From contig CAWIAD010000001.1 of assembly GCA_963833985.1 (NCBI GenBank), forward strand, positions 512,001-576,000: DNA of 64,000 nucleotides, in the 5' to 3' direction. Source of the DNA: an uncultured Planctomycetaceae bacterium. GTDB lineage: Bacteria; Planctomycetota; Planctomycetia; Isosphaerales; Isosphaeraceae. Numbering within the stretch: the stretch's first letter is position 1; every line of letters starts with the position of its first letter. Below the pieces are notes generated by a model. It saw only the letters and a list, made by a program, of their open reading frames with translations. It did no database searches and was not told the origin of the DNA. Shown here in pieces: positions 43,140-52,870 of the stretch. Position numbers and translations under genes: made by a program.

Positions 43140-43301
43140 ATGAGAAATCCCAAGGAAATCGGAATGCTCTTGCTGGCCGTATGGCTGATTGCCTTCGGCC
43201 TTCTGACGGTCTCGTTCCTCAAGATCAGTTTCGCCCACAGCGGCGATGTGCTGGCCGTCCTGGCCATCGCCGCGGGTGTCTTGCTCTTGATGAAACGATA
43301 G
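43140..43301 (+). CDS. Small two-TM membrane protein (53 aa)
   Basis: GGAG RBS; GMLLLAVWLI..GL and LAVLAIAAGVLLL hydrophobic helices. Confidence 0.7.
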   Translation: MRNPKEIGMLLLAVWLIAFGLLTVSFLKISFAHSGDVLAVLAIAAGVLLLMKR

Positions 43302-43407
43302 GAGGGCACGCGCCGCGATGCCGACGGGAGGTCGGAGGGTCTACCCCCTCCTGTCGGGTCCCACGGCACGGCGGTGGCGTCGCCCGGTGGGAGAGGCCGG
43401 CGGCTGG

Positions 43408-44382
43408 TTACGTGCTCACTTCCGGTGCCGTCGCCTGGAGGTCGGGGGGAAGGTTCGAGTCATAGCGCTGGCCGCGCGACTCGCCCGGCCCAGGGCCGGC
43501 CTCGACAGCCCGGTCCATCTCGGCGGCGCCCAGGAGCACCATGCCCACGACCCAGTACCAGAACAACAGGACCATGATCCCCCCCAGCGAGCCTTACGCC
43601 GTGTCGTAGCTGCCGTAATACTGGACGTAGACACGGAACAGGAAGCTGAAGGCCAGGAACGCGACCGACCCCGCCAGGGTCCCCGGCGTGATCCAGACCC
43701 AGCGTTGCCGTGCCGCGGGGCCGACGTTGAAGGTCAGGGCGAGGCTAGGGAGCACCGTGAGGAAGACAGCAAACCAACGGATGACCGTCGCCATCCAGGC
43801 CGCGGGGCTGTTCGGGTGGAGGCCGAGCATCCGCAGGATCTGCGGCCAGGCGACGATGGCCACGAGGGATCCGAGCAGGACGGCCGACAGGGTCAGCGTG
43901 AGGGCCAGGGCCGTGAGGCGAAGCCTCACGAACCTGCGGTTCTCCGCGACCCCGAAGGTACGGTTCAGGGCGGCGATGACCGTCAGCGACAGGCTCGAGA
44001 CCACCCAGAGCGCGACCGCCACGGCCACGGAGATCAGCCCCACCGGGGGCTCGGACTGGATCCGCACGATCTGGTCCCTGATCAGCACGTAAGCCTCGCG
44101 CGGGAAGAGGGACTTCAGTGTTGCGTCGAGCTGGTCGACCGTCAGGTCGCCGAGGCCGGAGCTCTGCACGCCGGCTCCGGAAAGGTCGGGCAGGTGCAGG
44201 ACTGTAGCGACCAGGAAGAGGGCCAGCAAGGGGACGGTAGCGAATAGCGCGTAGAAGGCGATGGCGGCCGCCCAGATCATGGAGTCGTGCCCCTCCATCC
44301 GCTTCCAGGTCTGGACGGCGAGCTGGCTCGCGGATAAGCCGTTGAGGCTCAATGACAATCGCGGGCGGGGGCGGTCGGTCAT
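43408..44382 (-). pseudogene. YihY/BrkB family membrane protein with internal in-frame stop
   Basis: AAAIAFYA, ALNR, PG...G, YV..Y.SY..; TAA at 43594-43596 replaces the Tyr of YGSLGG; the same frame continues GSLGGIMVLLFWYW...GAAE to a stop at 43408. Confidence 0.8.
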
Positions 44383-44735
44383 ACGAAGCTCCGTCGGGCT
44401 CGGGCACTTCCTCGTCATGCTCCAATCATCGGACGTCCGGGCCATCTCTGCCACCATCCAGAGACGATGCGGTGCGACTCCAGGCGGGGGATGATGCCTT
44501 CCGACGACTCGAAGGCAGGCGAATTGAGGGTGCGACTGGGACCGTCGTGAGGCCCCCGGGTGACTCCGGACCGCGCACGGTCCACCGATTCGCTGTAAGA
44601 TCGGGTAGGAACGGAAGGGCCGCCGAGCCACGGGGAGGCGCAGGCCACCTCGAACGTCTGGGAATCCGGGCCTGAGGCGTTTCCTCCGGCCGGTTGACAC
44701 CCACGCAGGACGTTGGAGGCCGAAGGAGGGCTTCG

Positions 44736-47360
44736 GTGACGCCAGGGCCGCAGGTCGAGGACATTCAGGATTACGCCCAGAACATCGTGGATACGGTGCG
44801 CGAGCCCCTGCTGATCCTGGACGCCACGCTCCGCGTCCGGTCGGCCAACCGCGCGTTCTACCAGACGTTCCACGTCACGACCGCCGAGACCGAGGGCCGC
44901 CTGATCTACGAACTCGGTAACGGCCAGTGGGACATCCCCGACCTCCGGACCCTGCTTGAAGACATCGTCCCGAAAAGCTCCGTCTTCGACGACTTCGAGC
45001 TTGAACACACCTTCCCGGCCATCGGTCGACGGGTGATGCTGCTCAATGCCCGCAAGCTCAAGGCGGGCCACCACGGCGAGCTGCTCGTCCTGGCCATGGA
45101 AGACGTCACCGCGCGTAAGCGGGCCGAAGAGGCGCTGCTCGAAGCCGGAGCGTTGCAGAGCGCCATCTTCAACAGCGCCAACTTTTCGAGCATCGCCACA
45201 GACGAGAGGGGCGTCATCCAGATCTTCAACGTCGGAGCCGAGCGCATGCTCGGTTATGCGGCCGCCGACGTGATGAATAAAAATACCCCAGCCGACATTT
45301 CAGACCCGCAGGAGGTGATCGCGCGCGCCAAAGCCCTGAGCACCGAGCTCGGCACGATGATCACCCCAGGATTCGAAGCCCTGGTCTTCAAGGCTTCGCG
45401 TGGGATCGAGGACATCTACGAGCTGACCTACATCCGCAAGGACGGCAGCAGATTCCCGGCCATCGTCTCGGTCACGGCGCTGCGCGACGCACAGGGGAAA
45501 ATCATCGGATATCTGTTGATCGGCACCGACAATACCGCACGCAAGCAGGTGGAAGCCGAGCGGATGGCGCTCGATCAACGCGTCCGCGATCAACAGTTCT
45601 ACACGAGGTCGCTCATCGAATCCAATATCGATGCGCTGATCACCACCGACCCGCGCGGCATCATCACCGACGTGAACAAGCAGATGGAGGCGCTCACCGG
45701 GTGCACGCGCGACGAGCTGATCGGCGCGCCGTTCAAGGGCTACTTCACAGACCCGGAGCGCGCCGAAGCGGGCATCAAGCTGGTGCTGGGCGAGGGCAAG
45801 GTCACCGATTACGAGCTCACCGCGCGCGCACGGGACGGCAAGCAGACCGTGGTGTCCTACAACGCGACCACCTTCCACGACCGCGACCGGAAGCTACAGG
45901 GGGTCTTCGCAGCCGCCCGCGACGTCACGGAGCGCAAGCGTTACGAGCAATCATTGCAGCAGGCCAACCGCGCCAAGAGCGTCTTCCTGGCCAACATGTC
46001 GCACGAGATCCGCACCCCCATGAACGCCATCCTCGGGTTCTCCCAGCTGATGCTCCGCGGCCTGGACGTCACCCCTCAACAATGCCAGTACCTCGCGACC
46101 ATCAACAGGAGCGGCGAGCACCTCCTGGCGCTGATCAACGACATCCTGGAGATGTCGAAGATCGAGGCGGGACGCACGACCCTGAACCCCTCGACTTTCG
46201 ATCTGCCCGCCCTGCTCGAGGACCTGGAGATGATGTTCCGCGTCCGCACGGATGAGAAGAGGTTGTCATTCTCGGTGGAGACGATAGGCGACGTTCCGCA
46301 ATTCATCGTGACTGATATCAATAAGCTGCGCCAGGTCTTCATCAACGTCATTGGCAATGCCGTCAAGTTCACCGAGCAAGGCGGCATCGCCGTGCGCGTG
46401 CACGCGGACCGCAAGGGCACGACGGGACCCTACCTCCGGGTCGAAGTCGAGGACACCGGCGCGGGCATTTCGCCGGACGAACAGGACAAGCTGTTTCGCC
46501 ATTTCGAGCAGACCAAGACCGGGCAACAGATGGGGACCGGCACGGGGCTGGGCCTGGCCATCAGCCGGGAGTTCGTCCGCCTGATGGGGGGCGATATCAC
46601 GCTGAGCAGCCAGGTCGGTAGGGGCAGTGTCTTCGTCGTTCACATGCCATTGACGGAGGGCGAAGCCCAGGCGGTCCCGGCGAAGGACAACCCCCGGCAC
46701 GTCCTGAGGCTCCGTCCCGGGCAGCCGGCGTGCCGGGTGCTGATCGCCGACGACATCGAGGACAACCGCCAACTCCTGGCACAGCTTCTGTCACCCGTCG
46801 GTTTCGAGGTCCGGCTGGCGACCAACGGTGCGGAAGCCGTCCAGGAGTTCGAGCAGTGGCGGCCCCATCTGGTCCTGATGGATTTCCGCATGCCGGTGAT
46901 GGACGGGCATGAGGCAATTCGCCGGATCCGGGCCATGGCCGGCGGCGGCGGCACCAGGATCATCGCCGTGACGGCCAGCGCGATGGAAGACAACCGACAG
47001 GAGCTGATGGAAATCGGCGCCGACGATTTCATTGGCAAGCCCTTCAGGGACGCCGAGCTGTTCCAGAAGATTCACACCCACCTGGGCCTAGAATACCTCT
47101 ACGCCGAGTATCCCGAAGCCGGGGCAGAGGAGGAAGCGGCAGAGCTTACACCCGGGTCCCTGGCGGACCTGCCGCAAGATGTCATCGAGCCGATGCGTGA
47201 AGCCGTCTTCACGGCGGACCTGGATGAGCTGCTGGCAAGGATCCAGGGCGTCGAAGCCCGTGATCCCCGCATCGCTCGGGGGCTGCGGCGCCTGGCCGAG
47301 AGCTTCCAGTATGAGAAACTTCTCGGTCTCTTCAGCGCGGGAGCCGTCCATGACTCCTGA
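44736..47360 (+). CDS. Multi-PAS hybrid histidine kinase with receiver domain
   Basis: Three PAS domains; FLANMSHEIRTPMN, NAVKFT, DTGAG, GTGLGL; receiver ADD, MDFRMP, KP. Confidence 0.93.
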   Translation: MTPGPQVEDIQDYAQNIVDTVREPLLILDATLRVRSANRAFYQTFHVTTAETEGRLIYELGNGQWDIPDLRTLLEDIVPKSSVFDDFELEHTFPAIGRRVMLLNARKLKAGHHGELLVLAMEDVTARKRAEEALLEAGALQSAIFNSANFSSIATDERGVIQIFNVGAERMLGYAAADVMNKNTPADISDPQEVIARAKALSTELGTMITPGFEALVFKASRGIEDIYELTYIRKDGSRFPAIVSVTALRDAQGKIIGYLLIGTDNTARKQVEAERMALDQRVRDQQFYTRSLIESNIDALITTDPRGIITDVNKQMEALTGCTRDELIGAPFKGYFTDPERAEAGIKLVLGEGKVTDYELTARARDGKQTVVSYNATTFHDRDRKLQGVFAAARDVTERKRYEQSLQQANRAKSVFLANMSHEIRTPMNAILGFSQLMLRGLDVTPQQCQYLATINRSGEHLLALINDILEMSKIEAGRTTLNPSTFDLPALLEDLEMMFRVRTDEKRLSFSVETIGDVPQFIVTDINKLRQVFINVIGNAVKFTEQGGIAVRVHADRKGTTGPYLRVEVEDTGAGISPDEQDKLFRHFEQTKTGQQMGTGTGLGLAISREFVRLMGGDITLSSQVGRGSVFVVHMPLTEGEAQAVPAKDNPRHVLRLRPGQPACRVLIADDIEDNRQLLAQLLSPVGFEVRLATNGAEAVQEFEQWRPHLVLMDFRMPVMDGHEAIRRIRAMAGGGGTRIIAVTASAMEDNRQELMEIGADDFIGKPFRDAELFQKIHTHLGLEYLYAEYPEAGAEEEAAELTPGSLADLPQDVIEPMREAVFTADLDELLARIQGVEARDPRIARGLRRLAESFQYEKLLGLFSAGAVHDS

Positions 47361-47429
47361 GAATCCGATCCGCCAGGCATCGCCTCAGCCAGGAGAGACA
47401 TCCGAATCCGGCGCGAAGCGGGAGGCAAG

Positions 47430-48578
47430 ATGACCATCGACGAACTGGACAAACTGGCAGATCTCGTCAAGCAGGAACGCGACGCCTTGCTATCGGGGTG
47501 GCGAGAGCAGGTGCGGCAACTTCCGTCCGCGCGGCTGCTTGACGTCCCGACGCTCAACGATCATATCCCTGGACTGCTCGACGAACTGGCATCGGCACTC
47601 CGATCGCACTCCGGCCAGACGATCCCCGAAGCACTCAGCAAAGCCAGCTCTCCCGCGCATGGCCTTCAGCGTGTCCAGGACGCCTTCGATATCGAGGAGG
47701 TCGTGGCGGAGTACAACATTCTTCGCGGCTGCATTCACGACCTTGCCGACGAGAATGGCTTGAACCTGCAAGGCAAGCCTTTCCATATCCTCAACCTGGT
47801 CTTCGACCATGCGATCGGCGTGGCGTTGCAGACGTTTGCCACTCAACGCGCGCTCGAGGTGCAGCAGCGTCGGGCCGAGTATCTCGCCTTCGTGGCACAC
47901 GATCTCCGAACTCCCTTGAATGCCATTTCCCTGGCCGGGAGAGTCCTTGAATTGTCACTCCCGGAGCGGGCCAACAGCGCTGAAACGGCCCGGATGTTGA
48001 AGGCTTTGCGTCGCAACGTGCAGCAGATCGAATCGTTGGTCGGCAAGGTGCTCGAGGAAAACACGAATCTGCAAACGGAACTCGGGCTCAAACTGGAACG
48101 ACGCGAGTTTGATCTGTGGCCCCTCGTCGAGGCCCTCATTCACGACCTCCATCCGGTGGCAGGGACCGCCAGCACTCACCTGATCAACGAGGTGCCCGAC
48201 GACCTGGTCGTCTACGCGGACGCCAGCTTGTTGAGGCGGGTCTTCCAGAATTTGATCGCCAACGCGATCAAGTACACTCCACGCGGACAGATCCTCATCG
48301 GGGCACGGGAACTTGACGAGAAAGATGCCGTCGAGTGCTGGGTCAGCGACAACGGCTCGGGAATCCCCGAAAACCTCCTCGACAAGGTCTTCGACAAGGG
48401 AGAAACCGACCCGAAGAGTGCGGGCGGAACGGGCCTGGGTCTCGCCATCGTGAAGACGTTCACGGAGGCACACGGCGGGCGGGTGACGGTCGAGAGCAAC
48501 GGAGGGGTTGGATCGGCGTTCCGGTTTTCGCTGCCTACCAGGGCGAATGTCGGCGGCCTAACGAAGCCACTCAATTGA
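47430..48578 (+). CDS. Histidine kinase with RsbRD_N-like helical sensor
   Basis: HGLQR...F.IEEVV.EY..LR; AHDLRTPL, NAIKYT, DNGSGI, GTGLGL. Confidence 0.88.
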   Translation: MTIDELDKLADLVKQERDALLSGWREQVRQLPSARLLDVPTLNDHIPGLLDELASALRSHSGQTIPEALSKASSPAHGLQRVQDAFDIEEVVAEYNILRGCIHDLADENGLNLQGKPFHILNLVFDHAIGVALQTFATQRALEVQQRRAEYLAFVAHDLRTPLNAISLAGRVLELSLPERANSAETARMLKALRRNVQQIESLVGKVLEENTNLQTELGLKLERREFDLWPLVEALIHDLHPVAGTASTHLINEVPDDLVVYADASLLRRVFQNLIANAIKYTPRGQILIGARELDEKDAVECWVSDNGSGIPENLLDKVFDKGETDPKSAGGTGLGLAIVKTFTEAHGGRVTVESNGGVGSAFRFSLPTRANVGGLTKPLN

Positions 48579-48689
48579 CATGAGGAAGCCCGAAGCCCGC
48601 GATCCCAGCATTGCCCGGGATCCGCGGCACTCGGCCGAGGGCTTCCTTCATCAGAAATGCCTTGATCCCTTCAGTGCAGGGAGCCTCCA

Positions 48690-49917
48690 TTGAATCCGGT
48701 TTTGCCGCGAAGTCCCGCCGAGCAACCCGCCAGCATCCTGGTGGTGGACGACACCCCCGCCAATCTCCAGGTGCTGGCCGGCATGCTCAAGGAACGCGGG
48801 CACAAGGTCCGCCCGGTCCCCGGCGGCAAGCTGGCGCTGCGCGGCGCGGCGCGATCCTCCGGACCTGATCCTGCTGGACATCAATATGCCGGAGATGAAC
48901 GGCTACGAGGTCTGCGAACAGCTCAAGTCCGACAACCTCCTGAGAGGGATTCCCGTCATCTTCATCAGCGCCCTCACCGAGCACCTCGACAAGGTGAAGG
49001 CCTTCGCCATCGGCGGGGTGGATTACCTCACCAAGCCCTTCCAGATGGAAGAATTGCACGCCCGCGTCGAGGCCCACCTGAAGCTCCGCCGCCTCCAGAC
49101 CGAACTGGAGGAGGCCAACGCGCAACTGACGAAGGCCAACGGCCGTATGTCCCGCGACCTGAGGGCGGCGGCGAGGATCCAGGAGACGTTCCTGCCCCGC
49201 GAGGCACCTCGCGTCCCGGGCGCGGGCTTCGCCTGGGCCTTCAGTCCCTGCGACGAACTGGCCGGCGATGGCCTCAACGTCATCGCACTGGGCGACGGCA
49301 AGGTCGGACTTTACATCCTGGACGTCAGCGGCCATGGCGTCGCGTCGGCCCTGCTGTCGGTGACGCTCGGCCGTCTCCTCTCGCCACCGTCGGACCCTTC
49401 CTCGATCCTGATCCGGGACGGGGACCCGCGGGGACGGTCGGAGATCACGCCGCCGGCCGAGGTCGCCGCCCGCCTGAACCGGCTCTTCCCGTTCGACCCG
49501 GCGACCGAGCAGTTCGCGACGATGATCTACGGGATCCTGGACATCGAGGCCGGGGAGTTTCGCTACGCCTCCGCCGGTCACCCCGGCCCGGTGCACCTGC
49601 CCTCCGACGCCGATCCGGTGATCCTCGAGAGCCGGGGATCCCCTATCGGCCTTGCCGACGACGCTTACGAGGAACGGTCAGTCCGCCTGGGGGCGGGAGA
49701 CCGCCTGTACCTCTACTCCGATGGCGTCCCCGAGGCGCTGGACCCCGCCGGCAAGCCGTTCGGAGACGCCCGGCTCCTGGAGGTGATCGGCCGCGGGCGG
49801 TCCGAACCGCTCCCGGAGGGAGTGGCGACCCTCCTGGAGGAGATCGCGCGGTGGCACGGGACCGGGACCCCTCATGACGACATCTCCATCCTGGCGGCGG
49901 AAATCTCCCCGGGCTGA
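48690..49917 (+). CDS. Response regulator with PP2C/SpoIIE phosphatase output; frameshift near 48845
   Basis: VVDD, LLDI.MPEMNG, KPF; LAGD, DVSGHG, SAGH, YSDGV, DDISI. Confidence 0.9.
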
Positions 49918-50224
49918 ACGTCGTTTCTCCCGACCCGATGCGACGAATCCTGGGACGGAAGTTGAGAGGGCGGCTCCCGTTCTCGATGACGCAGGGAAAC
50001 CGGTCCCGATCCGACCGAATCACCCCTCCCCTCGCCGTGCCCCTCCAACGCGGCGTCCACCTCCGCCGCCTCCCTGGGGCCGGCCCGGCAGGCCGCCCAG
50101 CGGCAACGGAGTGGAGCCCGTCGCCGAACGTGACAATCCGGCGAGAACCAGTCGAGTGGACAGCCAGGCTCGCCAGCGGGGGATTGCCCCACAATCCGCC
50201 CGCCTGGGTCGGTCCCTGGGACGC

Positions 50225-50626
50225 GTCCGCCAGGCCGTCGGACGATTTGCGGAGATTCGCCGGTCGGGTCGAGAGCCAGTTGCGGCCGGCCGGTGGCGGG
50301 CTCAGCATCGCAGACCTTCTCGCTTGAGCAACTCGACGACGGCGAGGGTCTCGGCGAGGACATGCAGCGCGAGGAACGAGGGCTGGGGCCGGTCTCGTCG
50401 CCCCAGTTCCCTGCGCCACAGGTTCGGCAGGTAGAACGTTATCGAGTTGAGGCTCTCGGCCTCGCAGAACGCCCGGACGGACAGACCACTTTGCTTCCCA
50501 ACGCGCGATGACGTGCCGCAACTACAGCCGGCTCGCTTGTCCGAGCAGGGCTCTGGGTATGGTTCACCCCCATTCGGCCATGCCGAGATCGTGGCATGGG
50601 CCGCAAGAAGGGTTCACCGAACTCAC
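50225..50626 (-). mobile_element. Decayed IS66-family remnant (tnpA fragment plus tnpB 5' end)
   Basis: Minus strand reads 'RW.QSGLSVRAFCEAESL...TFY...WRREL...C*' overlapping ATGCTGA into 'MLSPPPAGRNWLSTRPANLRKSSDGLA'; degenerate IR-like GGGTTCACCGAACTCAC at 50610-50626. Confidence 0.75.
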
Positions 50627-50694
50627 ACTCAGAAAGGGAGAGAAATCGCTGGACCGGCTTGTCTGTGCGGCAAGTCTGACTGGCCCGATGTGCC

Positions 50695-51483
50695 TCAGTG
50701 ACCGCGGCCCGATGCGCCCCGGCGATGCGCTTGCGACCCCAGGCCGGCAGCCGCGCGGCCCTGGTTGCCGGCACCGATGCCCCGCGGCAGCGCGTTCAAC
50801 GTGGCGGCCCCGGCCGTGCTCGAACCCAGGAGCCCGGCGGCCGCACCCAGGCTGCCGCCACCCCCGGACACCGCGCCCAGACCAAAGGTCCCCGCGGTGG
50901 CTCCCAGCGTGCCTGTTGCGAACCCCGCAGTCGACCCCGTCGCGACCCCGCCCACCGAGAAGTTGTTATAGTTGTTGAACGTACTGTTCAAGCTGTTGAC
51001 TGTGTGGTTCGTGTTCACGGACCCGTTATACATCCCGGCCTGATTGTAGCCATTGTTGAAATGAAGCGCAGCCGAGTTGTTGTACATCCCCGCCTGGTTG
51101 TAACCGTTGTTGTAGCGGAGCCCCGGAGTATTGTTGTAGAGACCGGGCTGAGTGTACGGGTTGTTGAAGCGCAGGGCCGGGGAGTTGTTGTAAAGGCCGT
51201 ACAGATTGTAGGGGTTGTTGTAAAACATGCCGGGTGCGTTATTGTACATGCCAAACTGGTTGTATGGATTATTATAGTATAGCCCGGGAGTATTGTTATA
51301 CATGCCGGCCTGGTTGTAGCCGTTGTTGAAGGTCATCCCGCGTGCATTGTTGTACATGCCCGCCTGGGTGAACGGATTGGCGATCGCTCCGGCCGCGGCG
51401 CCGTGGTGTTGCGCGAACACCGGGGCCGTCCAGAGACCGACGATTCCGGCGAGCACGGCGAGAGATGTTGCAGAGCGTCTCAT
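50695..51483 (-). CDS. Secreted Asn/Tyr/Gly-rich 18-aa repeat protein
   Basis: Signal peptide MRRSATSLAVLAGIVGLWTAPVFA; about 6.5 repeats of N.PG..(F/Y)NN(G/P)YNQAGMYN; Gly/Ala/Thr tail. Confidence 0.75.
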   Translation of the reverse strand: MRRSATSLAVLAGIVGLWTAPVFAQHHGAAAGAIANPFTQAGMYNNARGMTFNNGYNQAGMYNNTPGLYYNNPYNQFGMYNNAPGMFYNNPYNLYGLYNNSPALRFNNPYTQPGLYNNTPGLRYNNGYNQAGMYNNSAALHFNNGYNQAGMYNGSVNTNHTVNSLNSTFNNYNNFSVGGVATGSTAGFATGTLGATAGTFGLGAVSGGGGSLGAAAGLLGSSTAGAATLNALPRGIGAGNQGRAAAGLGSQAHRRGASGRGH

Positions 51484-51648
51484 GGTGAACCCCCTGGCGG
51501 CCGACGATCCGGTTTGCCCGATATCTGGTCGATCAACCTTGTTATAGTTTACGCGAGGACCGTCGGGTAAACCAGGGGAGATCTCGCACCGGCTTACCGG
51601 ATGGAGTCCTTTTTCCGCAACGCCCGCCGGCCAGGGGAGGAGACCGCG

Positions 51649-52110
51649 ATGAGCCCTCGCTGCTTGATTCTGGAGATCGCCGCGTGCTCGATGATGGCTT
51701 TCCTGGCCTCGGCCCGGGCCCAGGAAACGTCCCGCGGCGCGGAACCGCAGACCGTGGAAAGCGAGCTGAAAGAGGCCATGCTTGCAAACATCAAGGCGAC
51801 GGCGGCCGAGGATCTCGCCGCCACGATGAAAACGATCCACTCGAACTCGCCGCTCTACCAGACGACCCGGAGGCAGTTGACCCAGGTCTTCGGCAAGTAC
51901 AAGGGAGTCCGGTACGAGCTGGTGTCTTTCACGTATCTGGCCAGCGACGGCGACTTCGCCTTCGCCCGCGCGGTCCAGCGCACCACCCAGACGCCTCCCT
52001 CGGCGGTCAAGGACAACGAGACCGATCTGCTGATCGCGTTCCGCAAAGAGAGCGGAACCTGGAAGTTCTGGAACCAGGCCCTGCTCGAGTACAAGCTTTT
52101 GAAGCGTTGA
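51649..52110 (+). CDS. Secreted NTF2-like protein
   Basis: GGAGG RBS, signal peptide, 'EDLAA.M.TIH..SP' and 'FRKE.G.WK' pattern. Confidence 0.7.
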   Translation: MSPRCLILEIAACSMMAFLASARAQETSRGAEPQTVESELKEAMLANIKATAAEDLAATMKTIHSNSPLYQTTRRQLTQVFGKYKGVRYELVSFTYLASDGDFAFARAVQRTTQTPPSAVKDNETDLLIAFRKESGTWKFWNQALLEYKLLKR

Positions 52111-52170
52111 GGCTGGCAGGTGCGGGAACGGGCCACGGACGCTTCAGCCGGCCGGCCGCGGAAGCGGGGC

Positions 52171-52740
52171 TCAGGTCGCCCGGCCCAGGTACTCGCCCGT
52201 GCGCGTGTCCACCCGGACCACGGTCCCCTGGTCGAGATGCTCGGGGACCTGCACGACCAGGCCCGTGGAAAGCGTGGCGGGCTTGGTACGGCCGGTCGCC
52301 GAATTGCCCCGCACACCCGGGGCGGACTCGACAATCGGCAGCTCCACGGTGTCGGGCAGCTCGATCGCAATGACCTCATCGTCCACGACCAGGGCCTGAA
52401 CCCCCTCCATGTTCTCGGTCATGAAGGGGATCTGGTCGCGCAGGTCATCGGCGGTGAATGAGAACTGCGCGTAATCCTCCGCGTCCATGAAGTGGAACTC
52501 GTCGGCATCGCGATACAGGTACGACACGGGCCTGCGCTCGAAGCTGGATTCGCTCAGGCTGTCGGTTCCCCTGTAGGCCTTCTCGACTCGCGCCTTGGTC
52601 TTGAGGTTTCGCGCCTTGATCTTGTACAGCGTGGCAGCACCCCGGGCCGAAGGCGTCTGAACCTGGATGTGCTCGATCATGTGGGGGGCGCCGTCGATCT
52701 CCACGACCATCCGGCGCTTGAAGTCCTTGGCAGGCACCAC
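52171..52740 (-). CDS. yeiP: Elongation factor P-like protein (EfpL/YeiP subtype)
   Basis: TPSARG loop (Arg at tip), FMD.EDY.Q, KPATLSTG..VQVP, VDTRTGEY..RA. Confidence 0.85.
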   Translation of the reverse strand: MVPAKDFKRRMVVEIDGAPHMIEHIQVQTPSARGAATLYKIKARNLKTKARVEKAYRGTDSLSESSFERRPVSYLYRDADEFHFMDAEDYAQFSFTADDLRDQIPFMTENMEGVQALVVDDEVIAIELPDTVELPIVESAPGVRGNSATGRTKPATLSTGLVVQVPEHLDQGTVVRVDTRTGEYLGRAT

Positions 52741-52870
52741 GTGGCGCAGTCCTCACTGGAAGAAGGTGGTTCTCACGGTCTGCGATAGTCCATTCCTGAT
52801 TTTAACCGGTGTCGCGCCGCGCGGTCAAAAGCCCTGGGGGAGACTCCGGGCCGGCGCAAACGGGGATCAT

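Noticed and set aside
52171..52740. EF-P with an unusual loop as a novelty
   Set aside because: TPSARG matches the known EfpL/YeiP subtype.
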